Shown piece after piece: positions 1 to 10,794 of a DNA stretch of 64,000 nucleotides. The notes under the pieces were generated by a model. That model ran no database searches. It saw nothing but the letters and a program-made list of their open reading frames with translations, and was not told where the DNA came from. The stretch's first letter is position 1. Each line of letters begins with the position of its first letter. The position numbers and the translations under genes were made by a program. This DNA is from an uncultured bacterium (lineage in GTDB: Bacteria > Zixibacteria > MSB-5A5 > UBA10806), in NCBI GenBank assembly GCA_965541585.1, contig CBEUCH010000012.1, positions 49,021-113,020 on the forward strand, written 5' to 3'.

Positions 1-164
1 AAACAGCGGCAAACCTGGTTTGCGTTGAGCTTTCTTGTCAAGCTGGTTTAGTTTGGCAATCAGCTTGCGCTTTTCGCTGGTCCGGGCATTCTCAGGTCAT
101 TGTAGGTTCTGGGTATATTACCCGAAATTATCGGTTGGGTTTTGAGCAGGATACATTATATTTA

Positions 165-2615
165 ATGATGAATATGCATTATCGGAGTCAGCTTTTTTCC
201 CGGACACAATGCGTGCTGCTATCGACGCTCGGCGTGCTTTATTTCGCGGCGCCGATGGTTCTTGGCCAGGCCCCTGATATCCTGCCATCGGATCCACATA
301 CACTTTCTATAGACAGGAGTCAACCGGTGCTCAGCACCAGATTGATGGACGTAATTCAAAGTGCTCGCGAGGATACGGTGATTCCGATCTGGGTCTTTCT
401 TACTGATAAAGGCATTTTTGATGAGACAGAATATCAACAAGAGCTTTCCAAAGCTCGCGCAAGGTTAGTCCCTGCCGCTCATCAAAGACGTTTGAAGGCC
501 AGGGGCTCGGGAGATATAGTCGATTTTCGTGATATCCCGGTCCGTTCGGAATATCTGCAGGAAATTCTGTCCACTGGCGTTGAGCTTCGTCATACGCTCA
601 AATGGTTTAACGCTATCACAGTCAATGCTTCGCCTTCAGATATAGAAAAGCTGGCGCGGCTTTCTTTCGTTCGTCATATCAAGAGTGTATTATTCTCCAC
701 TACTAATATTGATATTGACCTGACTCCATTACCGCCGGACTTGACTCTCGTTTCTTTGGATTACGGGCCCAGTTACGCGCAACTGGAACAGATTAATGTT
801 ATTGCCGCCCACGAGCTTGGATTTAAAGGCCAGGGTGTGATAGTCTGCATGATGGATACCGGCTACCGGCAGGGGCACGAGGCTTTTCAGAATATTATCG
901 GGAGCGGCCGGTTGATCGCCCAGTACGATTTTATCAACGGTGACGATAATACCGATTACGATCCGGATCAGGATCTGGGCTGGCAACCTGATCACGGGAC
1001 CATGACATGGTCGACGCTCGGCGGAGAGTCGGAGGGAAATCTCTATGGGCCTGCTTACCTGGCCAGTTTCGTTCTCTCCAAAAGCGAGGATATATCATCT
1101 GAACGGCACATAGAGGAGGACAATTGGGCCGCAGGTGCCGAATGGGCCGAATCGATGGGGGCTTCGGTTATATCGGCCTCACTTGGATACCGGTGGTTTG
1201 ATTCGGGAGAGGGGGATTACGGTTACGAGGATCTGGATGGCAATTCCACAATTGTCACAATTGCTGCTGATCTGGCAGCTTATAACGGGATTGCGGTGGC
1301 GACGGCGCAGGGCAATAATGGCTCGCTAGGGCCGGGCTCTCTTCTTGCTCCTGCTGACGGTGATTCTGTTATAGCGTGTGGAGCCGTCAATGTGGAAGGA
1401 GAGCTTGCCGGATTCTCTGCCTTGGGCCCCACATACGATGGCAGGACAAAACCCGAGGTTTGTGCTCAAGGCGTCCAAACGGTATGTGTCGATCCCTATA
1501 ACAATACCGGATATACGACAGCGAGCGGAACATCACTCTCCACCCCCTTAATAGGGGGTGTCTGCGCGGTGCTTTTTTCGGCACATCCAAACTGGACATT
1601 GATGATGGTTCGAGAAGCGCTTATGATGACGGCCGATCGATTTGATGTTCCTGATAACGCTTATGGGTGGGGAATAGTCGATGTGGGCCGGGCGTTGTAT
1701 TATAATCCCGGCGGAGACATATTATTTCAACATAGTCCGGTATTAATTTCAGGGGAAAATCAAGCGATTCCGATTTCCGTCGCTGTTACCGGAGGAACTG
1801 ATATTCAGTCGGTCTACCTCTATTATAGGTTGGGAGAAAACGGAGAGTTCTCAGAAATCTTGCTGGATTCTCCCAATGGGCAGGATTTTTCCGGCGAGAT
1901 TCCGGGGCTGTCGGGAGACGTTGTTCAGTACTACCTGAAAGCCGATGATGTTGATGGCTCTTTTGCGTTTCATCCGATAGGAGGGGAGATGCATCCGGTG
2001 ACGGTTGATCTCAACGGTATGGCGATCTTCGACTCATTCGAGGACGGCCCGCAACTCTGGAGATCCGGCGGCATCAACAACTTCTGGGGTATCAGCACCA
2101 GATATGTTAATTCCGGTCATTTGAGCATTACAGATTCCCCCACAACTCTATACCGCGAGGATACGGACAGCTGGATAGAAACGGCATTCAAGCTGGACCT
2201 CTCCGGAGCATCTAACGCGGAACTCTCGTTTTATTATCGAAGCGATTTGCAGATAGGTCATGATACCTTATTTGTTGAAGCCTCATCAGATGGTGGGAAT
2301 AATTGGAACAGATTCTCACAGTCCATCACCGGCGAATCAGGTTCGTTCGTTCAATATTCTGCCGATCTGGCTGAATACATCGGGCAACCAGACCTGAAGC
2401 TTCGATTTCATTTTGTCTCAGACGAAGCGGGCAGCGACGACGGAATATATATAGATGAAGTTCTCATATCATGGGAGGCATATGAGGTCATCCCCACCCT
2501 CTCCGAATGGGGGATGATTATCCTGGCTTTGCTTCTGCTGGCGGTTGGGACAATTGCAGTTATCCACGATGGGAAGCGAATTAAAGCGACCACTAATTAT
2601 CAGGTAACGTCTTAA
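165..2615 (+). CDS. Secreted S8 (subtilisin-family) serine peptidase with C-terminal IPTL-CTERM sorting signal
   Basis: Catalytic motifs MMDTG (Asp), DHGT (His), GNNG (oxyanion Asn), GTSLSTP (Ser); N-terminal signal-like segment; C-terminal IPTLSEWG + hydrophobic helix + basic residues. ORF opens at 135 (TTG); first ATG at 165, true start uncertain. Confidence 0.9.
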   Translation: MMNMHYRSQLFSRTQCVLLSTLGVLYFAAPMVLGQAPDILPSDPHTLSIDRSQPVLSTRLMDVIQSAREDTVIPIWVFLTDKGIFDETEYQQELSKARARLVPAAHQRRLKARGSGDIVDFRDIPVRSEYLQEILSTGVELRHTLKWFNAITVNASPSDIEKLARLSFVRHIKSVLFSTTNIDIDLTPLPPDLTLVSLDYGPSYAQLEQINVIAAHELGFKGQGVIVCMMDTGYRQGHEAFQNIIGSGRLIAQYDFINGDDNTDYDPDQDLGWQPDHGTMTWSTLGGESEGNLYGPAYLASFVLSKSEDISSERHIEEDNWAAGAEWAESMGASVISASLGYRWFDSGEGDYGYEDLDGNSTIVTIAADLAAYNGIAVATAQGNNGSLGPGSLLAPADGDSVIACGAVNVEGELAGFSALGPTYDGRTKPEVCAQGVQTVCVDPYNNTGYTTASGTSLSTPLIGGVCAVLFSAHPNWTLMMVREALMMTADRFDVPDNAYGWGIVDVGRALYYNPGGDILFQHSPVLISGENQAIPISVAVTGGTDIQSVYLYYRLGENGEFSEILLDSPNGQDFSGEIPGLSGDVVQYYLKADDVDGSFAFHPIGGEMHPVTVDLNGMAIFDSFEDGPQLWRSGGINNFWGISTRYVNSGHLSITDSPTTLYREDTDSWIETAFKLDLSGASNAELSFYYRSDLQIGHDTLFVEASSDGGNNWNRFSQSITGESGSFVQYSADLAEYIGQPDLKLRFHFVSDEAGSDDGIYIDEVLISWEAYEVIPTLSEWGMIILALLLLAVGTIAVIHDGKRIKATTNYQVTS

Positions 2616-2871
2616 GCCAAACTGGCCGATCAGAGCAGGATGTCATCTGAGTTCAGAAGTAAATCCGCCGAAAATTAGTGTCAATCTCCTGATGTAAATA
2701 GATTCTTATAAGCGATTAGCGGCCACGAATGCTAATTTTCCTTGCCGAATCGGCGGATTCTGCCTACATTAGTAACAACGCCGGTAAGGCTGGCAGATAG
2801 AAGTCTTCTTGTTAGCGATCCTGGGAGTCGATCAATCGCCGAACAAATTTCCGGGGAATGCGGAGGTCCAG

Positions 2872-5529
2872 ATGAAATCCTCAACCGTAGCGTTGGTGGT
2901 GGCATTATCATTTTATTTCGCCGGTAAGGCTCCGGCACAGGTTGCCGAAGATGGGGTGCCTTACAGCTTTTCGTTTCAGGTAGACGATGATATCCCTGCA
3001 GTCATAATGCCCGGAATCGATTTAATGGCTCTTCTTGCGGAGGATGAAATCGAGGAAGCAGAAGGTATGCCGTTTCGGTTTGGCGCTCCTTTTGACGTTG
3101 ATCTCGGCTTGGATAATTCCGGGAAATGGGATACTTTATCGAACGGTGATCGCTTATGGCGTATCAAGATCGTATGCCCCGGGGCCTATTCCACGAACCT
3201 CATCTATAGCCGCTACCGGTTACCTGAGAATGCCAGGTTCTATATCTACAACGAGGATAAAAGCACTGTTCTGGGGGCTTTTACGGCGAAGAATAACAAA
3301 GAGCACGGTAAATTCGCTACAGGTCTTTTAAGGGGCGAAACCTGTATTCTCGAATATAATGAACCCGCTTCGGTCGATCAACCCGGCCGGATAGATGTTT
3401 CGAGAGTGGTGCATGGCTATAAGGATATTCTCGCGGACTTCGGCGATTCCGGGTCATGCAATAACAACGTCAATTGTCCGGTCGGCGTGCCATGGGCGGA
3501 CCAGATTCGATCGGCGGCTATGATATTAACAGGCGGGGGATTCAGGCTTTGTTCAGGCGTACTTTTGAATAATGTTAACCAGGATCTCACGCCGTTCTTC
3601 CTGACAGCCAATCATTGTCTCGGGGGGGAAGAAACCTGGATCTTTATGTTTAATTATGAAAGCCCTAATTGCTCCAACATCGACGGGCCCACGAATCAAA
3701 CGGTATCGGGATCAACTCGCCTGGCAAGCAGATCCACCTCTGATTTCGGTCTTTTATTACTCGATGAGACAATTCCGGATGAGTACGATGTTTACTATTC
3801 CGGCTGGTCCAGGTTGAATACTCCGGCTCAATCGGCCGTCGGAATACATCATCCCAGAGGGGATATCAAGAAAATCTCCTTTGATTACGATCCCGTGACG
3901 TCGACCAACTATCTGGAAAATACAGGGACGACCCATTGGCGTGTCGGGGATTGGGAGGATGGCACGACGGAACCCGGCTCGTCCGGCTCGCCGCTGTTCG
4001 ATCCCAATCACAGGATCGTGGGTCAGCTACATGGCGGCTATGCCTCCTGCTCCAGCATAACCTCGGATTGGTATGGAAAATTCTCGCTTTCCTGGGATGG
4101 TGGCAGTAGTCCTTCGAGCCGCCTGAGAGATTGGCTTGATCCCGACAATACGGGAGTTACGACGTTGGATGGACTGGATGAAAGGTTTATAGTGTTCAAC
4201 TATCCGGATGGTCGCCCTGATATTATTGATCCCTCGGGAGGAACCACCGTCCGCGTGGAGGTATCCGCAGGAAGCCAGAATCCCGTCCCCGGAACAGGGA
4301 TGTTGTACTATAACGGTGGCTCGGGCTGGATAAGTACATCTATGCAAGTCGTTTCACCCAATGTCTATGATGCCGTATTTCCTGCCTTTGACTGCGGGAT
4401 CGAGATTTTGTACTACTTCAGCGCCGAAACCGACCAGAGTATTATACTCTATGATCCTCCCGGCGCACCGGGAGTCAGCTTCTCGGCGCCCAGCGCCTCG
4501 GGCATGACAGAAATCTGGGCGGATGATTTCTCCACCCATACGGGCTGGACAGGTTACGGAGGCCCGGCAGAATGGACGAGAGGTCCCGCTGTAGGAGGTT
4601 CGGGGAACGATGGGTATGGAGGCCCCGATCCGTCCACAGACCATAGCCCCGGTTTCGACGACAACGTATTGGGCAATGACCTTACCTCCGGCAGTGGAGG
4701 TGATTACAACCCCGGTATTAGCTCAATCTACTGGATAACGTCGCCTGCTATCGATTGCTCCGGCAAGTTTAACGTAACACTGACATTCTATCGCTGGTTA
4801 GGCATCGAACGCGACCTGTACGATCACGCTTATCTCCAGGTCTACGGTAACGGTGGATGGCAAACGGTATTCGCGAACGGTTCATCCACCATCGACGAGT
4901 CCTCCTGGAATCTGCAGACGTACGATGTCTCTTCAATTGCAGACGACTACCCCGGTTTCCGTGTTCGTTTCGGGCTTGGTAATACCGATGGATCATGGCA
5001 GTACTGTGGCTGGAATATCGATGATTTGAGCGTAACCGGATTTGGTTGCGACCTGGAGGTATTAGGCGCATGCTGTGATCCGGACGGTTCCTGCACTCTT
5101 CTTAGCGAACCGGATTGCCAATCGGCCGGCGGGATATTCATGGGTGGCGGCACGGAATGCCTCGGCGATGTCGACGGTGATGATATCGATGGTATGTGCG
5201 ATAACTGTCCGGACGACCCCAACCCCGGCCAGGAGAATTCGGATACCGATAGCTTGGGTGATGCCTGCGATAATTGCCCCGATGAGGATAACGAGGATCA
5301 GGCCGACAGTGACGTTGACGGCGTAGGCGACGTTTGCGACAACTGCCCGGACGTCTATAATCCGGATCAGGAAGATTCCGACGGCGATGGAATCGGCGAT
5401 GCCTGCGATGTTCAGGAAATCCCCACGCTCTCCGAATGGGGCATGATAGTTCTGATTCTGTTGCTATTGACAGCCGGGACGGTGGCCGTTATAAGAAGGC
5501 GTAAGCTTGTCGCTCCAGCCGGTCAGTAA
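2872..5529 (+). CDS. Secreted trypsin-like (lysyl endopeptidase-type) serine protease with thrombospondin type-3 repeats and IPTL-CTERM
   Basis: LTANHC (His), SDFGLL (Asp), GSSGSPL (Ser); DNCP..NP.Q.DSD.D..GDAC repeats; ends [17 protein letters not shown] 2872 follows GGAGG. Confidence 0.88.
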   Translation: MKSSTVALVVALSFYFAGKAPAQVAEDGVPYSFSFQVDDDIPAVIMPGIDLMALLAEDEIEEAEGMPFRFGAPFDVDLGLDNSGKWDTLSNGDRLWRIKIVCPGAYSTNLIYSRYRLPENARFYIYNEDKSTVLGAFTAKNNKEHGKFATGLLRGETCILEYNEPASVDQPGRIDVSRVVHGYKDILADFGDSGSCNNNVNCPVGVPWADQIRSAAMILTGGGFRLCSGVLLNNVNQDLTPFFLTANHCLGGEETWIFMFNYESPNCSNIDGPTNQTVSGSTRLASRSTSDFGLLLLDETIPDEYDVYYSGWSRLNTPAQSAVGIHHPRGDIKKISFDYDPVTSTNYLENTGTTHWRVGDWEDGTTEPGSSGSPLFDPNHRIVGQLHGGYASCSSITSDWYGKFSLSWDGGSSPSSRLRDWLDPDNTGVTTLDGLDERFIVFNYPDGRPDIIDPSGGTTVRVEVSAGSQNPVPGTGMLYYNGGSGWISTSMQVVSPNVYDAVFPAFDCGIEILYYFSAETDQSIILYDPPGAPGVSFSAPSASGMTEIWADDFSTHTGWTGYGGPAEWTRGPAVGGSGNDGYGGPDPSTDHSPGFDDNVLGNDLTSGSGGDYNPGISSIYWITSPAIDCSGKFNVTLTFYRWLGIERDLYDHAYLQVYGNGGWQTVFANGSSTIDESSWNLQTYDVSSIADDYPGFRVRFGLGNTDGSWQYCGWNIDDLSVTGFGCDLEVLGACCDPDGSCTLLSEPDCQSAGGIFMGGGTECLGDVDGDDIDGMCDNCPDDPNPGQENSDTDSLGDACDNCPDEDNEDQADSDVDGVGDVCDNCPDVYNPDQEDSDGDGIGDACDVQEIPTLSEWGMIVLILLLLTAGTVAVIRRRKLVAPAGQ

Positions 5530-5824
5530 TTCCAAACGGCGGCTTTACAGCTAAGTAAGATATTGCCGATGAGAGATCTGTCTTAGAAGGGCTCCACCAG
5601 CCTGTTTCTGCGCATATTATGTTCACCGGCTTTCAAGATAAACGATAACTATGTAGAACCTTTTCATTTGAGAACCCCGGGATCAAGCCGACTTTTCACT
5701 ATTCCGATCATCTACGCTTTATTGACCGATAGTCTATAATGGAAATTATCCGGTATAGATTCAATTGACATTGGCCTCCTGTAGACATATTTGTAGCTCA
5801 AAACGTCAGGCAGGAGAGGAAGAT

Positions 5825-6730
5825 ATGTCGTCCACGCGGCGCCTTGTGATAGATATCGGTACGAATTCCGTTCTGGCCCTTCTGGCCGATGTTTCGGCGG
5901 ACGGCCTGGCGGTTGTCTCAGACCGAAGGATGATCACGAAACTGGGTGAGGGATTAACCGGCTCCGGTCGCCTTTCTCGGGAGGCGATGGTAAGGACGGC
6001 GGATGCTATCACCGGGTTCATTGAAGATATCGATTGCGAATCGGTCGTGCTTGTCGGCACGGAAGCCCTGCGAACAGCCTCCAATGCATCGGAATTTGCC
6101 GACCTTCTGCCCGGACGACTAAAGCGGGAACTGGCGACCCTGACCGGCCACAAAGAGGCTGAGCTGACTTACCTCGGGGCCTTATATGGATTGAAACGAA
6201 TAAGCGAGAAGATCCTCGTCGTGGATGTTGGTGGAGGGTCGTGCGAGTTTATCCTTGGCAAAGGTAAGAAGATAATAGATGCGCGCAGCATTCCTTTAGG
6301 CGCTCTCGGATTGAAAGAGTCGACGGCGAACGATAGTTTATCGTCTTATTACGACCGGGCCTTAGAAATAATTTCCAGTGAATTGACTTTCGTCAGGGAC
6401 CTGGATAGGGGAGAGCTTATTGCCACCGGCGGCACTATCACCTCCGTTGCAGCTATAGCCTCGGAGCAGAATAAATATGATCCACGTTCGATCCATGGGT
6501 ACCAATTGAGCGTAAAATCCTTAAATGAGATCGCCTCTAAGTTTGAAAACCGCTGCCTCGAAGAGCGCAGGATGCTGATCCCTTTCGATCAGGAAAGAGC
6601 CGATTTAATCCTGCCGGGGGTGGGAATATTCCTTGCAGTCCTCGGTATCTTAAAAGTGGATGAGATTACGGTCTCCGTGGGAGGCTTGAGGTTTGGCGCT
6701 GCATTGTATCCGGAGAGGCTCATAAAATGA
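5825..6730 (+). CDS. ppx: Ppx/GppA-family phosphatase
   Basis: IDIGTNS, GTEALR, DVGGGS, ERADLI motifs; ATG 5825 after AGGAGAGGA. Confidence 0.85.
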   Translation: MSSTRRLVIDIGTNSVLALLADVSADGLAVVSDRRMITKLGEGLTGSGRLSREAMVRTADAITGFIEDIDCESVVLVGTEALRTASNASEFADLLPGRLKRELATLTGHKEAELTYLGALYGLKRISEKILVVDVGGGSCEFILGKGKKIIDARSIPLGALGLKESTANDSLSSYYDRALEIISSELTFVRDLDRGELIATGGTITSVAAIASEQNKYDPRSIHGYQLSVKSLNEIASKFENRCLEERRMLIPFDQERADLILPGVGIFLAVLGILKVDEITVSVGGLRFGAALYPERLIK

Positions 6731-6830
6731 AATTTTGCTGGATTTTTAGCTTTACCTTGAAGCACAGGAAACCTATTATTCGTCGCTAAAGACTGTTGGG
6801 CAACTGGAAAGAAGAAAGAAAGGCGGCCCT

Positions 6831-7268
6831 ATGCTTAAAACAATTGTCGTCCCGACTATTTTCATTGCTATATTTTTAATGTGTTCTTGCGGAAGCGAGA
6901 AGAAAATCGTCGAAGTGCAATACGCTCCTGTCCTTTATGATGTAATCGCGCCCGATTCCTTGCAAAAGGGCTCGAGTCAGATTTCGTATATATTCGTTAG
7001 CGCTTTTGATCCTGATGGTATAGATAATGTAGACTCGGTTTATTTTATCTCCACAAGACCTGATAGTTCATCAAACGGTAATCATCTTTATATGTTTGAT
7101 GATGGTTCAACTTACGAGGATTCTGTTGCTGGAGACGGGCGATATACCATTGGAATCCAACCGCCCGATACATCCAGCCAGACAGGAGATTATACTTTCA
7201 CATTTTATGCTATTGACACGCAGGGCAATATGTCTAATAATCCGCGCAAAATAGTAACAGCATATTAG
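6831..7268 (+). CDS. Lipoprotein with choice-of-anchor-X-like Ig domain
   Basis: Lipobox-like LMCSC; MFDDG...D..AGDGRYT motif. Confidence 0.65.
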   Translation: MLKTIVVPTIFIAIFLMCSCGSEKKIVEVQYAPVLYDVIAPDSLQKGSSQISYIFVSAFDPDGIDNVDSVYFISTRPDSSSNGNHLYMFDDGSTYEDSVAGDGRYTIGIQPPDTSSQTGDYTFTFYAIDTQGNMSNNPRKIVTAY

Positions 7269-7277
7269 CGAGGTTTG

Positions 7278-8768
7278 ATGAAAAAGCTGACAACCGTGTT
7301 GATCCTGATATTTACGGCAGCCATAGCCGAAGGCTCTGTATCCATCAGCCTCCAGGACGGCATATCGGGATTGACATCCAACTCCGTAATCGATATCGCT
7401 CATGATTCGTCATCCGTCTGGCTGGGCAGTGGTGGCGGAGCCGGGGTTACCTTTGATGACGGTGAAACCTGGACCACATACGGTGAGGACCATGGTTTGC
7501 CGAGAGACGAGGTTTCGGCGCTGGCTGCCAACGACAGAGGTGTCTGGGTGGCTAGTTCTCATTCGGAAACCATCAGCGGTGACCGTGTGCCGTTCGGTGA
7601 TGGCATATCTTTGACCACTGACAGTGGTACAAGCTGGGAGACCTTTACACCGAAGCAGGTTACCTGGCCGGGGATGCTCTCCTATGATGTGGCTATTTAC
7701 GATTCTATTGTTTTCTCGGCTTGCTTCTACGGGGGGCTGATACGCTCCACCGATTACGGTGTAACCTGGGAAAACCTCTATCCATCCCAGCTTGATACCA
7801 TTAATTCCGATTCGATCGATTTCAACGGCGAAATCTTCAACCGGCTCACCAATAGATTTTTCTCGGTGCAGGTCGATACCACCGCATTTCCGGATACCTT
7901 CTCTGTCTGGGGCGGAAGTGCGGCTGGAATTACGCACTTCTATTTTCTCAAAGATTCTACTACCCAGACCTTCAATACCTACCCCGATTCTATTTACCAT
8001 GTTACTCATAACGACACCACGGTAACCGATTCGTTAAGGCTTCCGGGGAATTTCGTGGTTGCTCTGGGAGTTCAGAAGGAGCCTTACAGTGAGAGAATCT
8101 GGGCGGCTTGCAGACCCGCATTCTCCGGTTTCTTGAGAGTTGCATTCTCCGACGATGAGGGAATAACCTGGCACGAAGCTCCTTTAGGCGGTTTGTCGAA
8201 TAGCGTCGAAGCCTGGGATTTCTCTTTTGCCGATGACACAGTATATGTCGCTACCGGAAACGGCCTTTATATGTCCTTCGGTGACTATACATCCTGGACT
8301 CTTCTTTCCGGATTTGTGGATCTGGACGATCAGACATTCTACCAGGATAACGCGCCATTTTTTGCGGTTGACGTCGTGGATGGTATTATCTGGGGAGGTG
8401 GCTCCGATGGCATCGTAATGGGCCTTCCGGAAGCCGGTTGGGACGTATTCCGCTCCGGTCGCGACCCGGAGGATCATTATGCGTATCCATCGCCATTCTC
8501 GCCGATTCAATCCACTCGACAGGGGACCACGATTCATTTTAAACCGCAGACCGACACCCGGGCTACAATCGGCATCTATGATATTAACCTCGATCCGGTT
8601 AGAACGGTCGTCTCCCGGATCTTCCGGCGCGGGGGCGTGGAATCGGATGATATCGTCTGGAACGGCACCAACGACGATGGTGAATTGGTTGTCAACGGCG
8701 TATATTTCTATAGAATAGAGCTCGATTCGGGAGATGATCTCTGGGGAAAGGTGGTGGTGATAAAATGA
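7278..8768 (+). CDS. Secreted beta-propeller (BNR/Asp-box) protein with FlgD-Ig/T9SS-type C-terminal domain
   Basis: Signal peptide; Asp boxes TFDDGETW, TTDSGTSW, STDYGVTW, SDDEGITW; C-terminus YAYPSPFSP...WNGTNDDGELVVNGVYFYRI...GKVVVIK. Confidence 0.75.
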   Translation: MKKLTTVLILIFTAAIAEGSVSISLQDGISGLTSNSVIDIAHDSSSVWLGSGGGAGVTFDDGETWTTYGEDHGLPRDEVSALAANDRGVWVASSHSETISGDRVPFGDGISLTTDSGTSWETFTPKQVTWPGMLSYDVAIYDSIVFSACFYGGLIRSTDYGVTWENLYPSQLDTINSDSIDFNGEIFNRLTNRFFSVQVDTTAFPDTFSVWGGSAAGITHFYFLKDSTTQTFNTYPDSIYHVTHNDTTVTDSLRLPGNFVVALGVQKEPYSERIWAACRPAFSGFLRVAFSDDEGITWHEAPLGGLSNSVEAWDFSFADDTVYVATGNGLYMSFGDYTSWTLLSGFVDLDDQTFYQDNAPFFAVDVVDGIIWGGGSDGIVMGLPEAGWDVFRSGRDPEDHYAYPSPFSPIQSTRQGTTIHFKPQTDTRATIGIYDINLDPVRTVVSRIFRRGGVESDDIVWNGTNDDGELVVNGVYFYRIELDSGDDLWGKVVVIK

Positions 8769-9751
8769 GAAAAGTCTTTTTATCACTATTGACGCTATTG
8801 TTTTTTGCCCACCCCGTCTTTGCGTCCGGGGCCGGCGGATATGCCGGCGCTTTCCTGAGAAACGGGATCGGGGCGCGTCCCCTGGGGATGGGTGGCGCCT
8901 ATACGGCGGTCGCTGAAGGGGCAGAGGCGGTGTATTATAATCCTGCCGGTCTGGGTTTCTTACCGAAAATCATGTTCACATCCAGCTACAAAACCCTTTC
9001 TCTGGATCGGCATTTCGGATATGTCGCAATTTCATTCCCTATCAGGGGCGAAGCCGCCATGGCCGCCAGCTGGGTTAACGCCGGCGTATCGGATGTAATC
9101 GGCAGAGGAGAATCGCGCCAGATCTTCGGAGAGATCGGTAACAGCAGTAACGCTTTCGCCCTCTCTTTCGCCAAAGCCCTTCACCCCCGATTCTCATTCG
9201 GGGCCAACCTTCAGTATATTCAAGAAAAATTGGATGACCTCGAAACCTTTGCGATCGGCTTGAACGCAGGCATCATCGGGAAGCCGTATGAGAACATCTC
9301 GATCGGCGCGGCATTCAAGAATCTCGGCTCAAATTATCGCTGGGAATCGAGCAAGTATTGGAGCGAAGGAGGGACCTACGACGAGGAGTTTCCGATAGTG
9401 CTGAATTTCGGACTTGCCGGAAACTTTCTCTCCGGACGATTGATTCCCGCAATAGACATTGAAACCAGCGATAAAAGCGAGTTTAAATTCAGGGCCGGCG
9501 GCGAATACTGGTTTACCAAAAAAGTCATTCGAGTAGTCGAAGACGAATATGAAGAGGATGTCTTTCTGGAGATCGAGGAAGATTTCCGCCTGGCGGGATT
9601 GAGATTCGGTATCGACAGGGGATCCCCGACGTTCGGGGCCTCTGTTTTTCAGGAATTCAAAGAAATAACTTTCGGTCTTGAATACGCATTTCTTATGGGC
9701 AGGCACGGAACCTCCGGAGGACATTTATTCACGCTGAATTTAGGTTTTTAA
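8765..9751 (+). CDS. PorV/PorQ-family outer-membrane beta-barrel protein
   Basis: FLRNGIGARPLGMGGAYTAV..YYNPAGL signature; terminal HLFTLNLGF strand. Confidence 0.8.
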   Translation: MRKVFLSLLTLLFFAHPVFASGAGGYAGAFLRNGIGARPLGMGGAYTAVAEGAEAVYYNPAGLGFLPKIMFTSSYKTLSLDRHFGYVAISFPIRGEAAMAASWVNAGVSDVIGRGESRQIFGEIGNSSNAFALSFAKALHPRFSFGANLQYIQEKLDDLETFAIGLNAGIIGKPYENISIGAAFKNLGSNYRWESSKYWSEGGTYDEEFPIVLNFGLAGNFLSGRLIPAIDIETSDKSEFKFRAGGEYWFTKKVIRVVEDEYEEDVFLEIEEDFRLAGLRFGIDRGSPTFGASVFQEFKEITFGLEYAFLMGRHGTSGGHLFTLNLGF

Positions 9752-9755
9752 TAGC

Positions 9756-10667
9756 ATGAAATTCTCGAGATTCGCAGTTCCTCTGGCAGTAATTGCCTTA
9801 AGCGGTACTTCGCAGGCTGTCGTTGGGGAAAGCTCTTTTGAATTTATGCTTATGGGAATGGGCGCCAGGGCATCCGCTATGGGGGAGGCTTTTACAGCTG
9901 TCAGCGGCGATGTCGGCGCGCCGTTTTTCAATCCTGCATCGGCCGCCTTGATGAACGGTACCGAGCTCTCATTTGCGCATATATCATACCTTGAGGATGT
10001 CAGTATAGAGCAATTCGCACTTTTGACTCGTTCCAATAAAATTCGTTATGGTCTCAGCATCAATATTGGCACTGTCGCCGATATCGAACGACGGGGAGAC
10101 TCGCCGACCGCCGAACCCCTGGGCACGTTCGATGAGCACAACGTGACAGCTTCGCTATTCGTTGCCGTTCCCGTTACCGAAAGGCTCTCGATTGGCAATT
10201 CCGCTAAGATCGCCTATGAAAAGCTCGATCTTGAGGATGCCACCGCACTGGCGCTGGATATCGGTGCCTTCTATACCCTCACTCCCGAGATAGCTATCGG
10301 CGGGTCAATCCGGAATCTCGGCACGAAACCCAAATTTATCAGTGAGGCGTTTGATCTTCCCCGGGAATACCGGGTCGGCGCATCTTATCGAACTCCAAAA
10401 GGGTCCCGCTATGAAGGCATCCTGCTATCCGCAGATCTATTCAAGCCGGAATGGGGTAACAAAAGTTCCAAGTTAAATGTCGGCGGGGAGTACAATTACC
10501 AGGATATCGTTTTCTCGAGGGCCGGGTACTATTTTGGATATGACTCGAGATCGATCTCCGTAGGAGGCGGCCTTGCCTATCGTAATTATCTTTTCGATTA
10601 TGCATATGTTCCCCTGAAGAATAATCTCGGTAACACCCATCGCTTCACACTGCGGATCAGAATGTAA
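9756..10667 (+). CDS. PorV/PorQ-family outer-membrane beta-barrel protein (paralog)
   Basis: GMGARASAMGEAFTAV..FFNPA signature; terminal DYAYVP..LGNTHRFTL. Confidence 0.82.
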   Translation: MKFSRFAVPLAVIALSGTSQAVVGESSFEFMLMGMGARASAMGEAFTAVSGDVGAPFFNPASAALMNGTELSFAHISYLEDVSIEQFALLTRSNKIRYGLSINIGTVADIERRGDSPTAEPLGTFDEHNVTASLFVAVPVTERLSIGNSAKIAYEKLDLEDATALALDIGAFYTLTPEIAIGGSIRNLGTKPKFISEAFDLPREYRVGASYRTPKGSRYEGILLSADLFKPEWGNKSSKLNVGGEYNYQDIVFSRAGYYFGYDSRSISVGGGLAYRNYLFDYAYVPLKNNLGNTHRFTLRIRM

Positions 10668-10794
10668 AGGAATTTTGAAATTCATCGATAACTATAGCTG
10701 TCAGGCTTTCTGTTGCATTTTTCCGTTGACCGCAGTCATTAACTCCATAAATTAAGTCGGCGAATGCTGGTGTAATTGAAAAGAGGAGTCTGAC

